Shown here one piece after another: positions 49,904 to 59,780 of a DNA stretch of 64,000 nt. The stretch is taken from contig JAISHB010000096.1 of assembly GCA_031262785.1 (NCBI GenBank), forward strand, positions 8,604 to 72,603, read 5' to 3'. Positions within the stretch are counted from its first letter, which is position 1, and the number at the start of each line of letters is the position of its first letter. Both the position numbers and the translations under genes were made by a program. The stretch is from Prevotellaceae bacterium. GTDB taxonomy: Bacteria; Bacteroidota; Bacteroidia; Bacteroidales; Bacteroidaceae. The notes beneath the pieces were generated by a model. The model was not told the origin of the DNA and ran no database searches. It worked only from the letters and a program-made list of their open reading frames with translations.

Positions 49904-51475
49904 ATGATTGGGACCATTGACGCTTCGTTGATAGATTGGTCGAGAGGGCAATTTGCCATGACCGCTATCTATCACTGGATCTTTGTGCCGCTCACGCTGG
50001 GACTTGCGCTCATCATGGGCATCATGGAGACACAATACTATCGCACCGGCGATGAGTTTTGGAAACGCACAGCCAAGTTCTGGATGAAACTCTTCGGCAT
50101 CAACTTCGCCGTGGGAGTGGCTACGGGACTGATTCTGGAGTTTGAGTTCGGCACGAACTGGAGTAACTATTCGCACGTGGTGGGCGACATCTTCGGTGCA
50201 CCGCTTGCCATCGAAGGCATTGTGGCTTTCTTTATGGAGGCTACCTTTATTGCCGTTATGTTTTTCGGATGGGAAAAGGTGAGCAAACGGTTTCACCTGG
50301 CCTCGACCTGGCTAACCGGATTGGGAGCCACTATTTCCGCCTGGTGGATTTTGGTGGCCAATGCATGGATGCAACATCCCGTTGGCATGGCTTTTAATCC
50401 CGATACCGTTCGCTTTGAAATGGTGGAAGGAAGCTTCTCGGCCGTGGCCTTCTCGCCGGTGGCCATCAGTAAGTTCTGCCACACGGTGTTGTCGGGCTGG
50501 GTGCTTGGAGCCATCTTCGTGGTGGGCATTAGTTGCTGGTATCTCCTGAAGAAAAGGGAGCAGAAGTTTGCCTTATCGAGCATTAAAGTGGCCGCCTGCG
50601 TGGGATTGATAGCCTCCCTGCTATCTGCTTTTACGGGCGACAGCGAAGGACACGTGGTGGCACAATCGCAACCCATGAAGCTGGCTGCCATGGAGGGATT
50701 GTATGAAGGGGAAACACAAGCCGGACTGGTGGCCGTGGGCTTGCTCAATCCCGCCAAGGAAGCCTACAACGACAGCATCGATCCCTTCTTGTTTAAAGTG
50801 AAAGTGCCCTGGTTGCTCTCCTTCCTGGCCGCACGCGATGTGGATGCTTACGTGCCGGGGATTACCAACCTGATCGACGGCGGCTATCCGTTGGCCGACG
50901 GCACACCGGCACTCTCTGCCGATGAGAAGATGAAACGGGGAAAGATGGCCATCGATGCCTTGGCTGACTATGGAACAGCCAAAAAGAATCACGATGCGGC
51001 AGCCGCCCAAGCGGCAAAAGCCACGCTGCAAGAGAACATGCCCTACTTTGGCTACGGCTATATAAAAGAGGTAGACCAGCTCATTCCCAATGTTCCGCTC
51101 ACGTTCTACGCCTTCCGCATCATGGTGGTGTTGGGATGCTACTTCATCGTGTTCTTCCTGGTGGTGCTCTTCCTTGCCTACAAACGTAACCTGGCCGCCA
51201 TGAACTGGATGCACCGCATTGCCTTGCTGACCATCTTCTTTGGCTATGTAGCCGTGCAAACCGGCTGGATAGTGGCCGAATGCGGACGTCAGCCGTGGGC
51301 TATTCAAGACATGCTGCCGGTCAATGCCGCCATATCGCGCCTGAATACAGGATCGGTACAACTCACCTTCTTCCTGTTCCTGATACTTTTCGCCATCCTG
51401 TTGATAGCCGAAATAAACATCCTGCTCAAAGCTATCCGAAAAGGACCGGAGATGCACATTGTGAACCCTAAATAA
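49904..51475 (+). CDS. cydA: cytochrome bd ubiquinol oxidase subunit I
   Basis: FEFGTNW, ANAWMQHP, QPMKLAAMEG, GRQPW. Confidence 0.97.
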   Translation: MIGTIDASLIDWSRGQFAMTAIYHWIFVPLTLGLALIMGIMETQYYRTGDEFWKRTAKFWMKLFGINFAVGVATGLILEFEFGTNWSNYSHVVGDIFGAPLAIEGIVAFFMEATFIAVMFFGWEKVSKRFHLASTWLTGLGATISAWWILVANAWMQHPVGMAFNPDTVRFEMVEGSFSAVAFSPVAISKFCHTVLSGWVLGAIFVVGISCWYLLKKREQKFALSSIKVAACVGLIASLLSAFTGDSEGHVVAQSQPMKLAAMEGLYEGETQAGLVAVGLLNPAKEAYNDSIDPFLFKVKVPWLLSFLAARDVDAYVPGITNLIDGGYPLADGTPALSADEKMKRGKMAIDALADYGTAKKNHDAAAAQAAKATLQENMPYFGYGYIKEVDQLIPNVPLTFYAFRIMVVLGCYFIVFFLVVLFLAYKRNLAAMNWMHRIALLTIFFGYVAVQTGWIVAECGRQPWAIQDMLPVNAAISRLNTGSVQLTFFLFLILFAILLIAEINILLKAIRKGPEMHIVNPK

Positions 51476-51484
51476 TCAAGCATT

Positions 51485-52630
51485 ATGTCGTACACATTTC
51501 TACAACAATATTGGTGGTTCGTCGTATCCCTCTTAGGAGCCATCTTAGTGTTCCTGCTGTTTGTGCAGGGAGGGAATTCACTCCTCTTCACCGTTGGAAA
51601 AACCGAACAACAACGCAAGATGCTTATCAACTCCACCGGTCGGAAGTGGGAGTTTACGTTCACCACGCTGGTTACCTTCGGCGGAGGATTCTTCGCCTCC
51701 TTCCCCCTCTTCTACAGCACCAGTTTCGGCGGAGCCTACTGGCTGTGGATGCTCATTCTCTTCAGTTTTGTGTTGCAGGCGGTCAGCTATGAGTTTCAAA
51801 GCAAAGCAGGCAACCTGCTGGGGAAGAAGACCTACCGTATCTTCCTGGTGATTAACGGTGTGGTGGGTCCGCTGCTGTTGGGTGGTGCGGTGGCCACCTT
51901 CTTTACCGGCTCGGCCTTCTATATTAACAGAGGTCATCTCACCGATGTAACCATGCCGGTGATTAGCGGGTGGGCAAATGCCGGGCACGGCTTGGATGCC
52001 CTGCTCGATCCGTGGAATGTGGTGTTGGGATTGGCCGTCTTCTTCCTTGCCCGCATCTTGGGAGCGCTCTACTTTATTAATAATATTGACGATGAGGCGA
52101 TAGCCCGTCAATCGCGCCGCTCCATCACCATCGATACGGCGCTGTTCCTGCTCTTCTTCCTCTCATTCTTGGGACGGTTGCTGCTGGGTGAGGGATATGC
52201 CGTCCATCCCGATACGGCAGTCATCTACATGGAGCCGTACAAATACCTGCACAACCTGTTGGAGATGCCGGTGGTATTGATTCTCTTCCTGGTGGGCGTG
52301 GTAGCCGTGCTCTTTGGCATAGGCAAAACCTTGCTGAAAAAGAACTTCGACAAAGGAATCTGGTTTGCCGGCGCCGGAACGATTGTGACGGTGCTGGCCT
52401 TGTTGCTCACCGCCGGCTACCACCACACGGCCTACTATCCGTCGACGGCCGATTTGCAGAGTTCGCTCACGCTGGCCAATAGCTGCTCGAGCCGCTTCAC
52501 CCTGCAGGTGATGTTCTATGTGTCACTGTTGGTTCCGTTCGTGCTGGCCTACATTGTATACGCATGGCGCAGCCTCGATCTGCACAAGATTAATCAGAAA
52601 GAGATGGACAGCGGGGAGCACTCCTATTGA
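51485..52630 (+). CDS. cydB: cytochrome bd ubiquinol oxidase subunit II
   Basis: FFASFPLFY, AVSYEF; follows cydA. Confidence 0.95.
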   Translation: MSYTFLQQYWWFVVSLLGAILVFLLFVQGGNSLLFTVGKTEQQRKMLINSTGRKWEFTFTTLVTFGGGFFASFPLFYSTSFGGAYWLWMLILFSFVLQAVSYEFQSKAGNLLGKKTYRIFLVINGVVGPLLLGGAVATFFTGSAFYINRGHLTDVTMPVISGWANAGHGLDALLDPWNVVLGLAVFFLARILGALYFINNIDDEAIARQSRRSITIDTALFLLFFLSFLGRLLLGEGYAVHPDTAVIYMEPYKYLHNLLEMPVVLILFLVGVVAVLFGIGKTLLKKNFDKGIWFAGAGTIVTVLALLLTAGYHHTAYYPSTADLQSSLTLANSCSSRFTLQVMFYVSLLVPFVLAYIVYAWRSLDLHKINQKEMDSGEHSY

Positions 52631-53694
52631 GCACTTCGATCCACCTTGAGCAAGCCTCCCGTTTGGGTGTCGAACAACACCTGCGTGGTTGAATTCTTAT
52701 TGAACAGTACGGGAGCAAGGTATTCCACAAGGCCGAATTGCGTCACAGGCACTTCGGCCTTGTATATTTCTTCCCCCCGATAAGCAACACTTATCCGTGC
52801 ACGTCCGGGCACATTGTAGGCAATGCCGTCGAGCGCCTTCTTGGGGTCAACGGGCACCTCAGGGGGAATTGTCAGGCTTTTCAAGTCGGTGATGGTGATT
52901 AAGACCGGCTCGCCCGACAGGTCATCGGCCTCCACCACGCCCAGCTTCTTGGAGAAGCGGAAAGCCACCAGGCGGTCTACTTCACGCGGGGTGATCTCAA
53001 ACGTGTACACCTTCTCTTCGGTGCTCCTTTTGCCGGCGAACATTTCGGTCAGGGCACGCTCCTGCACCGTTAAGTTGTCGAGCATCAGCTTGAGTTGGGT
53101 GCCGTCCTTGGGCAAATTGTCGGCCTCGCCGCGTGTCAGGGCATTCTTACTCTCGCGGATGGCGTAGATCTCTTTGGCGATCAGGTCGGCCATTTTGGCT
53201 GTGGAGTTGGCCAGGAGAATCTCTTCGGTCAGAAACCCACGGGGATCTACATCGGCCGGCGGAACAGTTGCGGCCGGTGGCAGGACGGCCGGCTCCTTAC
53301 TGCTTGCAGTCTCAAGTGGTCGGTTGATGGAGCGGACAATGCCGTCGGCCGTGAGTTCCATCAGCGGCGCCACCGTCTTATCCTTGAGCTTGACAAAATA
53401 GACCCTTTCGCGGTCGGGCACGCCCAGCATCGTGGTCTGCACCTCATCCAACGTCCAGTAGTTTTCCGGCTCGGACGAGACATCTTCCAGACGGAGATAG
53501 CGCTCGGCATACTTGGCAAATTCGCCGGGGATATAGCTATGCTTGGTGGCACGGACAGTGAGCCGGATTTCCGTTTTGGGCAACACATAGGTCACACCAT
53601 ACTCTTTGCCGCGCGTCACGCCCACCATCACCTCGGTTTGCGCCACAACCCCCGCGGGGCACAGCAAGAGCATCAAAAGAACTATTCTTTGCAT
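52624..53694 (-). CDS. DUF4831-like secreted protein
   Basis: signal peptide; YVLPKT, PGEFAKYAERYL, FRFSKKLG, QFG motifs. Confidence 0.75.
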   Translation of the reverse strand: MQRIVLLMLLLCPAGVVAQTEVMVGVTRGKEYGVTYVLPKTEIRLTVRATKHSYIPGEFAKYAERYLRLEDVSSEPENYWTLDEVQTTMLGVPDRERVYFVKLKDKTVAPLMELTADGIVRSINRPLETASSKEPAVLPPAATVPPADVDPRGFLTEEILLANSTAKMADLIAKEIYAIRESKNALTRGEADNLPKDGTQLKLMLDNLTVQERALTEMFAGKRSTEEKVYTFEITPREVDRLVAFRFSKKLGVVEADDLSGEPVLITITDLKSLTIPPEVPVDPKKALDGIAYNVPGRARISVAYRGEEIYKAEVPVTQFGLVEYLAPVLFNKNSTTQVLFDTQTGGLLKVDRSAQ

Positions 53695-53713
53695 AAGAAG
53701 CGGTATTAGTCAA

Positions 53714-54202
53714 TTAAAGGATATTCTTGGTAAGCAACACCGTGGCATACGCCGCGATGCCCTCTTCGCGGCCGGTGAAGCCCAGTCGCTCGGTGGTGGT
53801 GGCTTTGATGGAGAGATCGTCTGTGGATATCTGCATGATTTCGGCCATCACCTGTTGCATTTGAGCAATGTGCGGACCGAGCTTGGGGCGTTCGGCACAG
53901 ACGGTGATGTCGACATTCCCCACCGCATAACCGCGGGAAGTCACCAAGTCGATGGTCTTTCGCAACAAGACCTTACTGTCGATGTCTTTGTACGCTCCCT
54001 GGGAGTCGGGAAAATGGTAGCCGATGTCGCGCATATTGGCAGCCCCCAGCAGGGCGTCGCACAAGGCATGCAGCAACACATCGGCGTCGGAGTGACCCAG
54101 CAATCCTTTCTCATGCTCGAGGCGAATGCCTCCCAGCCAGAGCTGCCGTCCGGGCACCAATCGGTGAACGTCGAAGCCAAAACCTATTCGCGTTTGATTC
54201 AT
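53714..54202 (-). CDS. ispF: 2-C-methyl-D-erythritol 2,4-cyclodiphosphate synthase
   Basis: GFDVH, GHSDADV, KATTTE.LGF.GR.EGI. Confidence 0.98.
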   Translation of the reverse strand: MNQTRIGFGFDVHRLVPGRQLWLGGIRLEHEKGLLGHSDADVLLHALCDALLGAANMRDIGYHFPDSQGAYKDIDSKVLLRKTIDLVTSRGYAVGNVDITVCAERPKLGPHIAQMQQVMAEIMQISTDDLSIKATTTERLGFTGREEGIAAYATVLLTKNIL

Positions 54203-54283
54203 AAGCTCTTAGGGTTCAATTTATCCATGGTGGCAAAGGTAGTAAAAGTATCAGGGAATCTATGTACATGCCGTTGGAAATCC

Positions 54284-54500
54284 ATGTACATGCGTTCACC
54301 GCAGGGATGCACAACTGTTCATCGCAGAGATGCACAAGTGTGTACCGCAGAGATGCACAACTGTGTACCGCAAAGATGTACGAGTGTGTACCGCAGGGAT
54401 GTACGAGTGTGTACCGCAGAGATGTACGAGTGTGTACCGTAGAGATGTACGAGTGTGTACCGCAGGGATGCACAACTGTGTACCACCGGGATGCACAAAC
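54284..54500. repeat. 23-bp tandem array, 9 units; same family as 9250..9482
   Basis: unit starts from 54299 to 54483 every 23 bp (CCGCAGAGATGYAC(A/G)A(C/G)TGTGTA). Confidence 0.95.
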
Positions 54501-54577
54501 CTCTCGTTTATTCAACTACATCTATTATCTTTGTCGCCTGCGCGAGAAGATATAATCTACATAGTATACCCCCCCCA

Positions 54578-55756
54578 ATGAAAAGCAAAAACCTGTTTTT
54601 ACTGTGTGCAGCGAGCTGGCTGGCTGTCACAAGTGCCGTTGCACAAGATGCGGTTCCGTCGCCTTCCATCCAGAAAGGCTATGAGTTGGAACGCGAGATG
54701 CCCCTCTTTCTGGATTCCTTGAAGAAAGAACTCACCTACCCCCTGGCCTGGGGACATTCGCCCGTTACTGAGTTTGACCGGTGGCGCGAGATGGCGCGCA
54801 CGGCTGTGTTTGATGCCATGCTGACTCCGCCGCCGCCCGCCGCCGACTATGACGTGCGCGTGGTGGCCGAAGAACAGCGCGAGGGCTATCGGGCGCAGAA
54901 GGTGCAGTTCAACCTCAGCGGCTATTCGCGGGTGGAAGCCTATCTGCTCGTTCCCGACGGCCCGGGGCCGTTCCCCTCCGTGGTGCTGTTGCACGACCAC
55001 GGCGGCCACTACACCATCGGCAAGGAGAAGATGATTCGCCCGTTCGGTGTCTCGCCCGAGGTGTTGGCCGATGCCGACGGATGGGTCAGGCAATGCTACG
55101 GCGGACAATACGTGGGCGATTATCTGGCCGCGCAAGGATATGCGGTGATCAGTATCGACGCCCTGTTTTGGGGCAGTCGCGGGCGTAAAGAGGGCAAACA
55201 GCCCAAAGACGGATCGCACTACGCCGAGGTGGCCGGCAACTTCTACATGCTGGGGCGTAGCCTGAGCGGGTTCATGAGCTACGACGACCTCTATACCGTC
55301 GATTTCCTCTCCACGCTTCCGTTCGTGGATGCTTCGCGCATCGGATGCATGGGGTTCTCCATGGGTGCCTACCGCGCCTGGATGCTCTCGGCCTTGACCG
55401 ACAAGATAAAAGCCGGCGTGGCCATCTGCTGGATGGTGACCACCGACGTGCAACTCTCCTGGCAGTATGGACGCGAGCGGGGAGGCTTCGCCAATCAGTT
55501 GCCGGGCATCCGCCGCTACCTCGACTATCCGCACATCGCCTCCATTGCCTGCCCCAAGCCGATGTTTTTCCTCAGCGGCGAGCACGATAAGCTTTTCAAA
55601 CCCGTAGGCGTGCGGGAGGCGTTCCGTCAGATGCACGAGGTGTGGAAGAGCAGGCAGGCCGACGATCGCCTGCGCACCGAGCTATGGGACATGCCGCACG
55701 ACTGCGGGGTGAAGGTACAGGAGGCCATTGCCTCGTTCCTCAAGCAGTGGCTGTAG
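54578..55756 (+). CDS. secreted alpha/beta hydrolase (dienelactone hydrolase / esterase-like)
   Basis: signal peptide, LLHDHGG, GFSMG nucleophile elbow. Confidence 0.88.
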   Translation: MKSKNLFLLCAASWLAVTSAVAQDAVPSPSIQKGYELEREMPLFLDSLKKELTYPLAWGHSPVTEFDRWREMARTAVFDAMLTPPPPAADYDVRVVAEEQREGYRAQKVQFNLSGYSRVEAYLLVPDGPGPFPSVVLLHDHGGHYTIGKEKMIRPFGVSPEVLADADGWVRQCYGGQYVGDYLAAQGYAVISIDALFWGSRGRKEGKQPKDGSHYAEVAGNFYMLGRSLSGFMSYDDLYTVDFLSTLPFVDASRIGCMGFSMGAYRAWMLSALTDKIKAGVAICWMVTTDVQLSWQYGRERGGFANQLPGIRRYLDYPHIASIACPKPMFFLSGEHDKLFKPVGVREAFRQMHEVWKSRQADDRLRTELWDMPHDCGVKVQEAIASFLKQWL

Positions 55757-55903
55757 CCCGACGGGCGTGTCGAAAACCGAAAGGGTACGGTCACCGGCCT
55801 CGTATAGGGATAACCTGCCGCTGTTCTTAGTAATCTTTCCCCCATTCGCTTTCGCACAGGGATATTTTGCCTACATTTGTGCAATCTATCTCCAACCCCC
55901 CTA

Positions 55904-57958
55904 ATGACACAACCCATGGAAAACAGGTATTTTGAACGGGACATCAGCTGGCTGTCGTTTAACCATCGCGTGCTGATGGAGGCCGCAGACGACAGCTTGC
56001 CCGTCTATGAACGCCTCAACTTCATCTCCATCTATTCTTCCAACCTCGAAGAGTTCTACAAGATTCGCGTGGCCGACCACAAAGCCATCGCCAGCGGCGT
56101 GACCCGCAGCGACGAGGAAACGGTGCAGGCGGCCGTGGAACTGACCGACCGCATCAACCGCGAGGTGGCACACCAGCTCGACGACCGCATCCGCATCTAC
56201 GAGCAACAGCTGTTGCCCGCCCTGCGCCGTGCACACATCGTCTTCTACCAGGATGCCCGCTTCGAGGCGCTGTTTCACTACGACTATGTGCGCCAGTTCT
56301 TCCGCGAAGAGGTCTTCCCCTTCCTCCAACCCGTGCCGGTGACCAGCGGCAAGGTGGTGTCGTTCTTGCGCGACAACCGCCTTTACCTGGCCGTGCGTCT
56401 GCGTCCCAAAGGCGACCCCGGGGGCACGCCCACCTACTTCGTGATGAAACAACCCTACAGCAAGGTGCCCCGCTTCATCGAGTTGCCCCGCGTGTGCGAC
56501 GACTACTACCTGATGTTCATCGACGACATCATCAAAGCCAACCTCGACGTCATCTTCCCCGGCTACGAGGTGGAGAGCAGCTACTGCATCAAAATCTCGC
56601 GTGATGCCGACATCCTCATCGACGACGCCGCCAACAGCCACGAAATCATCGAACAGGTGAAGCGCAAGGTCAAGAAGCGCAAGATTGGCGCCGTGTGTCG
56701 TTTTGTCTACGACCGCTCGATGCCGCAAGACTTCTTAGACTTCCTCATCGAAGCCTTCCACATCAACCGCCACGAACTGGTGCCCGGCGACAAACACCTC
56801 AACCTCGAAGACCTGCGCCTACTGCCCAATCCCAACCCCAACGTGCATCCGCTGCGCAAACCCCAACCCATGAAGGTGGCGGCGCTCGAAGGCACCTCGA
56901 TGTTCGACTACATCGCCCGCCGCGACTTGCTGCTGCACTATCCCTACCATTCGTTCGACCACTTCCTGCACTTTCTCTACGAGGCGGTGCAGGATGCCCA
57001 CACGCGTGAGATTATGGTTACCCAATATCGTGTAGCCGAGAACTCGGCGGTGATTAACGCCCTGATTGCCGCTGCACAAAATGGCAAGCGCGTCACCGTC
57101 TTTGTGGAGCTAAAAGCACGCTTCGACGAAGAGAACAACCTGGCCACGGCCGAAATGATGGAGCGGGCGGGCATCCACATCATCTACAGCATCCCCAAGC
57201 TGAAGGTACATGCCAAGGTAGCCCTGGTGCTGCGCGGCACCGACGATGGTCACAAGCTCACCAGCTACGCCTACATCAGCACCGGCAACTTCAACGAGAC
57301 CACCGCCACGCTCTACTCCGACTGCGGTCTGTTCACCGCCAGCCGCATCATCGTCAACGACCTGCACAACCTCTTCGGCGTGTTGCAGGGCAAGAAAAAC
57401 CCCGTGTTTCACCGCTTGCTGGTGGCCGGCTTCAACCTCATCCCCAAGCTCAACGAACTCATCGACCGCGAAATGGCACTCGGCCCCAGGGGCCGCATCA
57501 TCCTCAAGATGAACGCCCTGCAAGACCACACGTTGATAGACCGCCTGTACGAAGCCTCGCAAAAGGGCGTGCAAATCGACCTGATTGTGCGCGGCATCTG
57601 CTGCCTCATCCCCAACCAACCCTTCAGCCGGAACATTCGCGTCACCCGCTTAGTCGACACGTTCCTCGAACACACCCGCATCTGGTATTTCGGAAACGAC
57701 GGACACCCGCGCATCTACCTGGGTTCACCCGACTGGATGCGACGCAACCTCTACCGGCGCATCGAAGCGGTCACGCCCGTGCTCGATCGTCGCCTGCGGC
57801 GCGAACTCACCGACATGTTGCACATCCAGCTGGCCGACCGTCGCAAGGCTGTCTTCGTGGACGAACAACTGCACAATGTGTGGAAGTCTGAACACCCGCA
57901 ACAGGAAGCGGCGCGGGCGCAATATGCTTTTTATGACTATTTGAAGGGACGGGATTGA
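55904..57958 (+). CDS. ppk1: polyphosphate kinase 1
   Basis: RDISWLSFN.RVL, ELKARFDEENN, LKVHAK, STGNFN, DWM.RN. Confidence 0.95.
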   Translation: MTQPMENRYFERDISWLSFNHRVLMEAADDSLPVYERLNFISIYSSNLEEFYKIRVADHKAIASGVTRSDEETVQAAVELTDRINREVAHQLDDRIRIYEQQLLPALRRAHIVFYQDARFEALFHYDYVRQFFREEVFPFLQPVPVTSGKVVSFLRDNRLYLAVRLRPKGDPGGTPTYFVMKQPYSKVPRFIELPRVCDDYYLMFIDDIIKANLDVIFPGYEVESSYCIKISRDADILIDDAANSHEIIEQVKRKVKKRKIGAVCRFVYDRSMPQDFLDFLIEAFHINRHELVPGDKHLNLEDLRLLPNPNPNVHPLRKPQPMKVAALEGTSMFDYIARRDLLLHYPYHSFDHFLHFLYEAVQDAHTREIMVTQYRVAENSAVINALIAAAQNGKRVTVFVELKARFDEENNLATAEMMERAGIHIIYSIPKLKVHAKVALVLRGTDDGHKLTSYAYISTGNFNETTATLYSDCGLFTASRIIVNDLHNLFGVLQGKKNPVFHRLLVAGFNLIPKLNELIDREMALGPRGRIILKMNALQDHTLIDRLYEASQKGVQIDLIVRGICCLIPNQPFSRNIRVTRLVDTFLEHTRIWYFGNDGHPRIYLGSPDWMRRNLYRRIEAVTPVLDRRLRRELTDMLHIQLADRRKAVFVDEQLHNVWKSEHPQQEAARAQYAFYDYLKGRD

Positions 57959-57989
57959 TGCTTGTCCGGCATCACAGTGGAGTGTCTGC

Positions 57990-58091
57990 TTACTGCTTTT
58001 CGATTAACTGCTCCGGATTTTGACGGCAGTCCCACACTGCATGTACTACAACAGTATCTTCTTGCGCCTGTACACTCCACACTACTTGCAT
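57990..58091 (-). pseudogene. internally deleted RelE/ParE-type toxin remnant (33 aa)
   Basis: MQVVWSVQAQED|TVVVHAVWDCRQNPEQLIEKQ: N- and C-terminal motifs of the family joined directly; start overlaps the end of the upstream small gene. Confidence 0.7.
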
Positions 58092-58255
58092 CGCGGGTGG
58101 CGTTTACGCAATTCGTTGCTCGTGCAAAAGCTCTTTTCTTGGAAACTTTTCAGGGATTCGTCTAATCGCTTTTCCAGTTCGTGGAGCGAATAACGGCAGG
58201 GGGTGGCATCGGCACCTTGCTTGAGTTTGGGGAATTCTATTTCTGTGGTATTCAT
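58082..58255 (-). CDS. putative antitoxin (57 aa, below the ORF-track cutoff)
   Basis: MNTTEIEF..PCRYSLHELEKRLDESLKSFQEKSFCTSNELRKRHPRCK; TATCTTTG box about 40 bp upstream. Confidence 0.65.
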   Translation of the reverse strand: MNTTEIEFPKLKQGADATPCRYSLHELEKRLDESLKSFQEKSFCTSNELRKRHPRCK

Positions 58256-58350
58256 TTTCTTCTAATACTATAAATGGAATTTGATTGTGACAGCAAAGAT
58301 AGGCATGAATGCTTAAAACAGCAAGGATAAAAGGTCTAATTCAAGCGGGA

Positions 58351-59016
58351 TTAGTTCCTGAGCAACATCCGCTCCACGCGTTCCTTTTCGAGGATGCCCA
58401 CCTGGCGCACCAGCACGTCGTAGTTTTCCTTGTCGTAGAGGTGGGGGGAGACCAGCTGCAACACCTTGAACTTGTCGTCCGTGAAGACGTACAGATTCAT
58501 CAGGCGGGCACACTGGTTGCAATTGAAGGCTTTGTCCTTGACGAAGAGGATCGTCATCCGCATCCGGTCGTCCTCGAAGGGGGTGTTCTTTACCTGTTGG
58601 ATGAACTCCTCGAGCTGGTTGTCCGTTACGGGTTGCTCTTTGCGGCCGGGATGAGGCGGCTGTTGCAACGGGGGCGGCGGCGGGGTGGGGGAGTGGTCGG
58701 CCGAATGTTTTTGGGCGTCGATGGGTTCCTGATAGGAACGAAGCATGGTCACGCGTCCGTCGGTAAATCCGATTTCAATCACCTCTTGTCGGTTGTAGAG
58801 AGGCACATCCTTGCGATAGACCCAGTATTCACTGTTCCGATCGAAGCTGCGCGAGGTGGGTTTTCCCATCAGCGCGGTGATTTCTTCAGGCCTCATGCCT
58901 TTTTGTATCTGCATGGAGGCATCGCTTTTCTTTCCAAAGGTGGAGATGGCCGAACAACCGCCGATGAGCGGTAGGAGCAACAGGAGTAACAGATAACTTG
59001 TGTGGAACGGTTTCAT
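58351..59016 (-). CDS. lipoprotein with BamE/SmpA-like and DUF4476-like domains
   Basis: LIGGC lipobox; IQKGM.PEEI..LMGKP..EYWVY; Pro-rich linker; FEDDR..FTDDKFKVL..LYDKEN. Confidence 0.75.
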   Translation of the reverse strand: MKPFHTSYLLLLLLLPLIGGCSAISTFGKKSDASMQIQKGMRPEEITALMGKPTSRSFDRNSEYWVYRKDVPLYNRQEVIEIGFTDGRVTMLRSYQEPIDAQKHSADHSPTPPPPPLQQPPHPGRKEQPVTDNQLEEFIQQVKNTPFEDDRMRMTILFVKDKAFNCNQCARLMNLYVFTDDKFKVLQLVSPHLYDKENYDVLVRQVGILEKERVERMLLRN

Positions 59017-59107
59017 AACGATAGTTTTTAGACGTTTAGCGTGGGGCAAAGATAGGGATAAAAGGCAGGCATTGCAAGTTTGATGTGAATGAAAAAAAAC
59101 GGCTGTC

Positions 59108-59512
59108 TCAGAGTTCTATATTGTATCGATCAATTAGAATATTCCTGATTCGTTCCACCTCTGCGGATATATCTGTGCAAGAAGTCTTGTTGACCAGCAC
59201 ATAGGAACTGATCTCGACAAATTCATAATGTTCGAATCGTTCCCTTCCGAAAAGCTTGGCGGCTATGTTTTTGTAGACACGGAATCGTTGAGTGTTCTCT
59301 CTGCGTTCTATTTTGTTTGCTTGAAAGTCTCTGCTTTGTGCACCGTTTACGACAAAGGAAGCCGTTGGACAGGCTGCCAACAGCTGTGAAACCAAGGTGG
59401 CACAAGTAAGAAATATACGGAGGGTGATGTATGAAACGTCAAAAGCATCACTCCGACCGGGTGATGCTTTCTGTACAAATTGAAGGGAGTAGGGCGTTAG
59501 TTGTTCCAGCAT
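59108..59512 (-). CDS. hypothetical protein, second gene of a coupled pair; possibly internally deleted
   Basis: 134-aa ORF with TAATG stop-start overlap to the upstream gene; ASFVVNGA..QRFRVY..SSYVLVN. Confidence 0.65.
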   Translation of the reverse strand: MLEQLTPYSLQFVQKASPGRSDAFDVSYITLRIFLTCATLVSQLLAACPTASFVVNGAQSRDFQANKIERRENTQRFRVYKNIAAKLFGRERFEHYEFVEISSYVLVNKTSCTDISAEVERIRNILIDRYNIEL

Positions 59513-59703
59513 TATAATACTAACTTTTGAACCGTGGAGTGGGCGTTCCCTTCTTTGACAATCGTGCCATTGCCGACAATCTCTTTAAGAGGAGCCTGCT
59601 TATATTCATTGACCGACGGCCAACCCAACCGTTCGCCCTTGCTTTTCTTTCGATGAGCTGTGGAAGGAGTTGTTTCTGTTTTGACTTTTAGAGTAGTTCC
59701 CAT
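59512..59703 (-). CDS. small basic hypothetical protein (63 aa)
   Basis: own TATCTTTG box near 59733..59740; translationally coupled to the next gene. Confidence 0.65.
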   Translation of the reverse strand: MGTTLKVKTETTPSTAHRKKSKGERLGWPSVNEYKQAPLKEIVGNGTIVKEGNAHSTVQKLVL

Positions 59704-59780
59704 AACAATATGGATGCTGTTGTTTGACGAGACAAAGATAACTCGTTTTAGCGAAAAAGAGGGGAGAGCGGGGATAAAAA

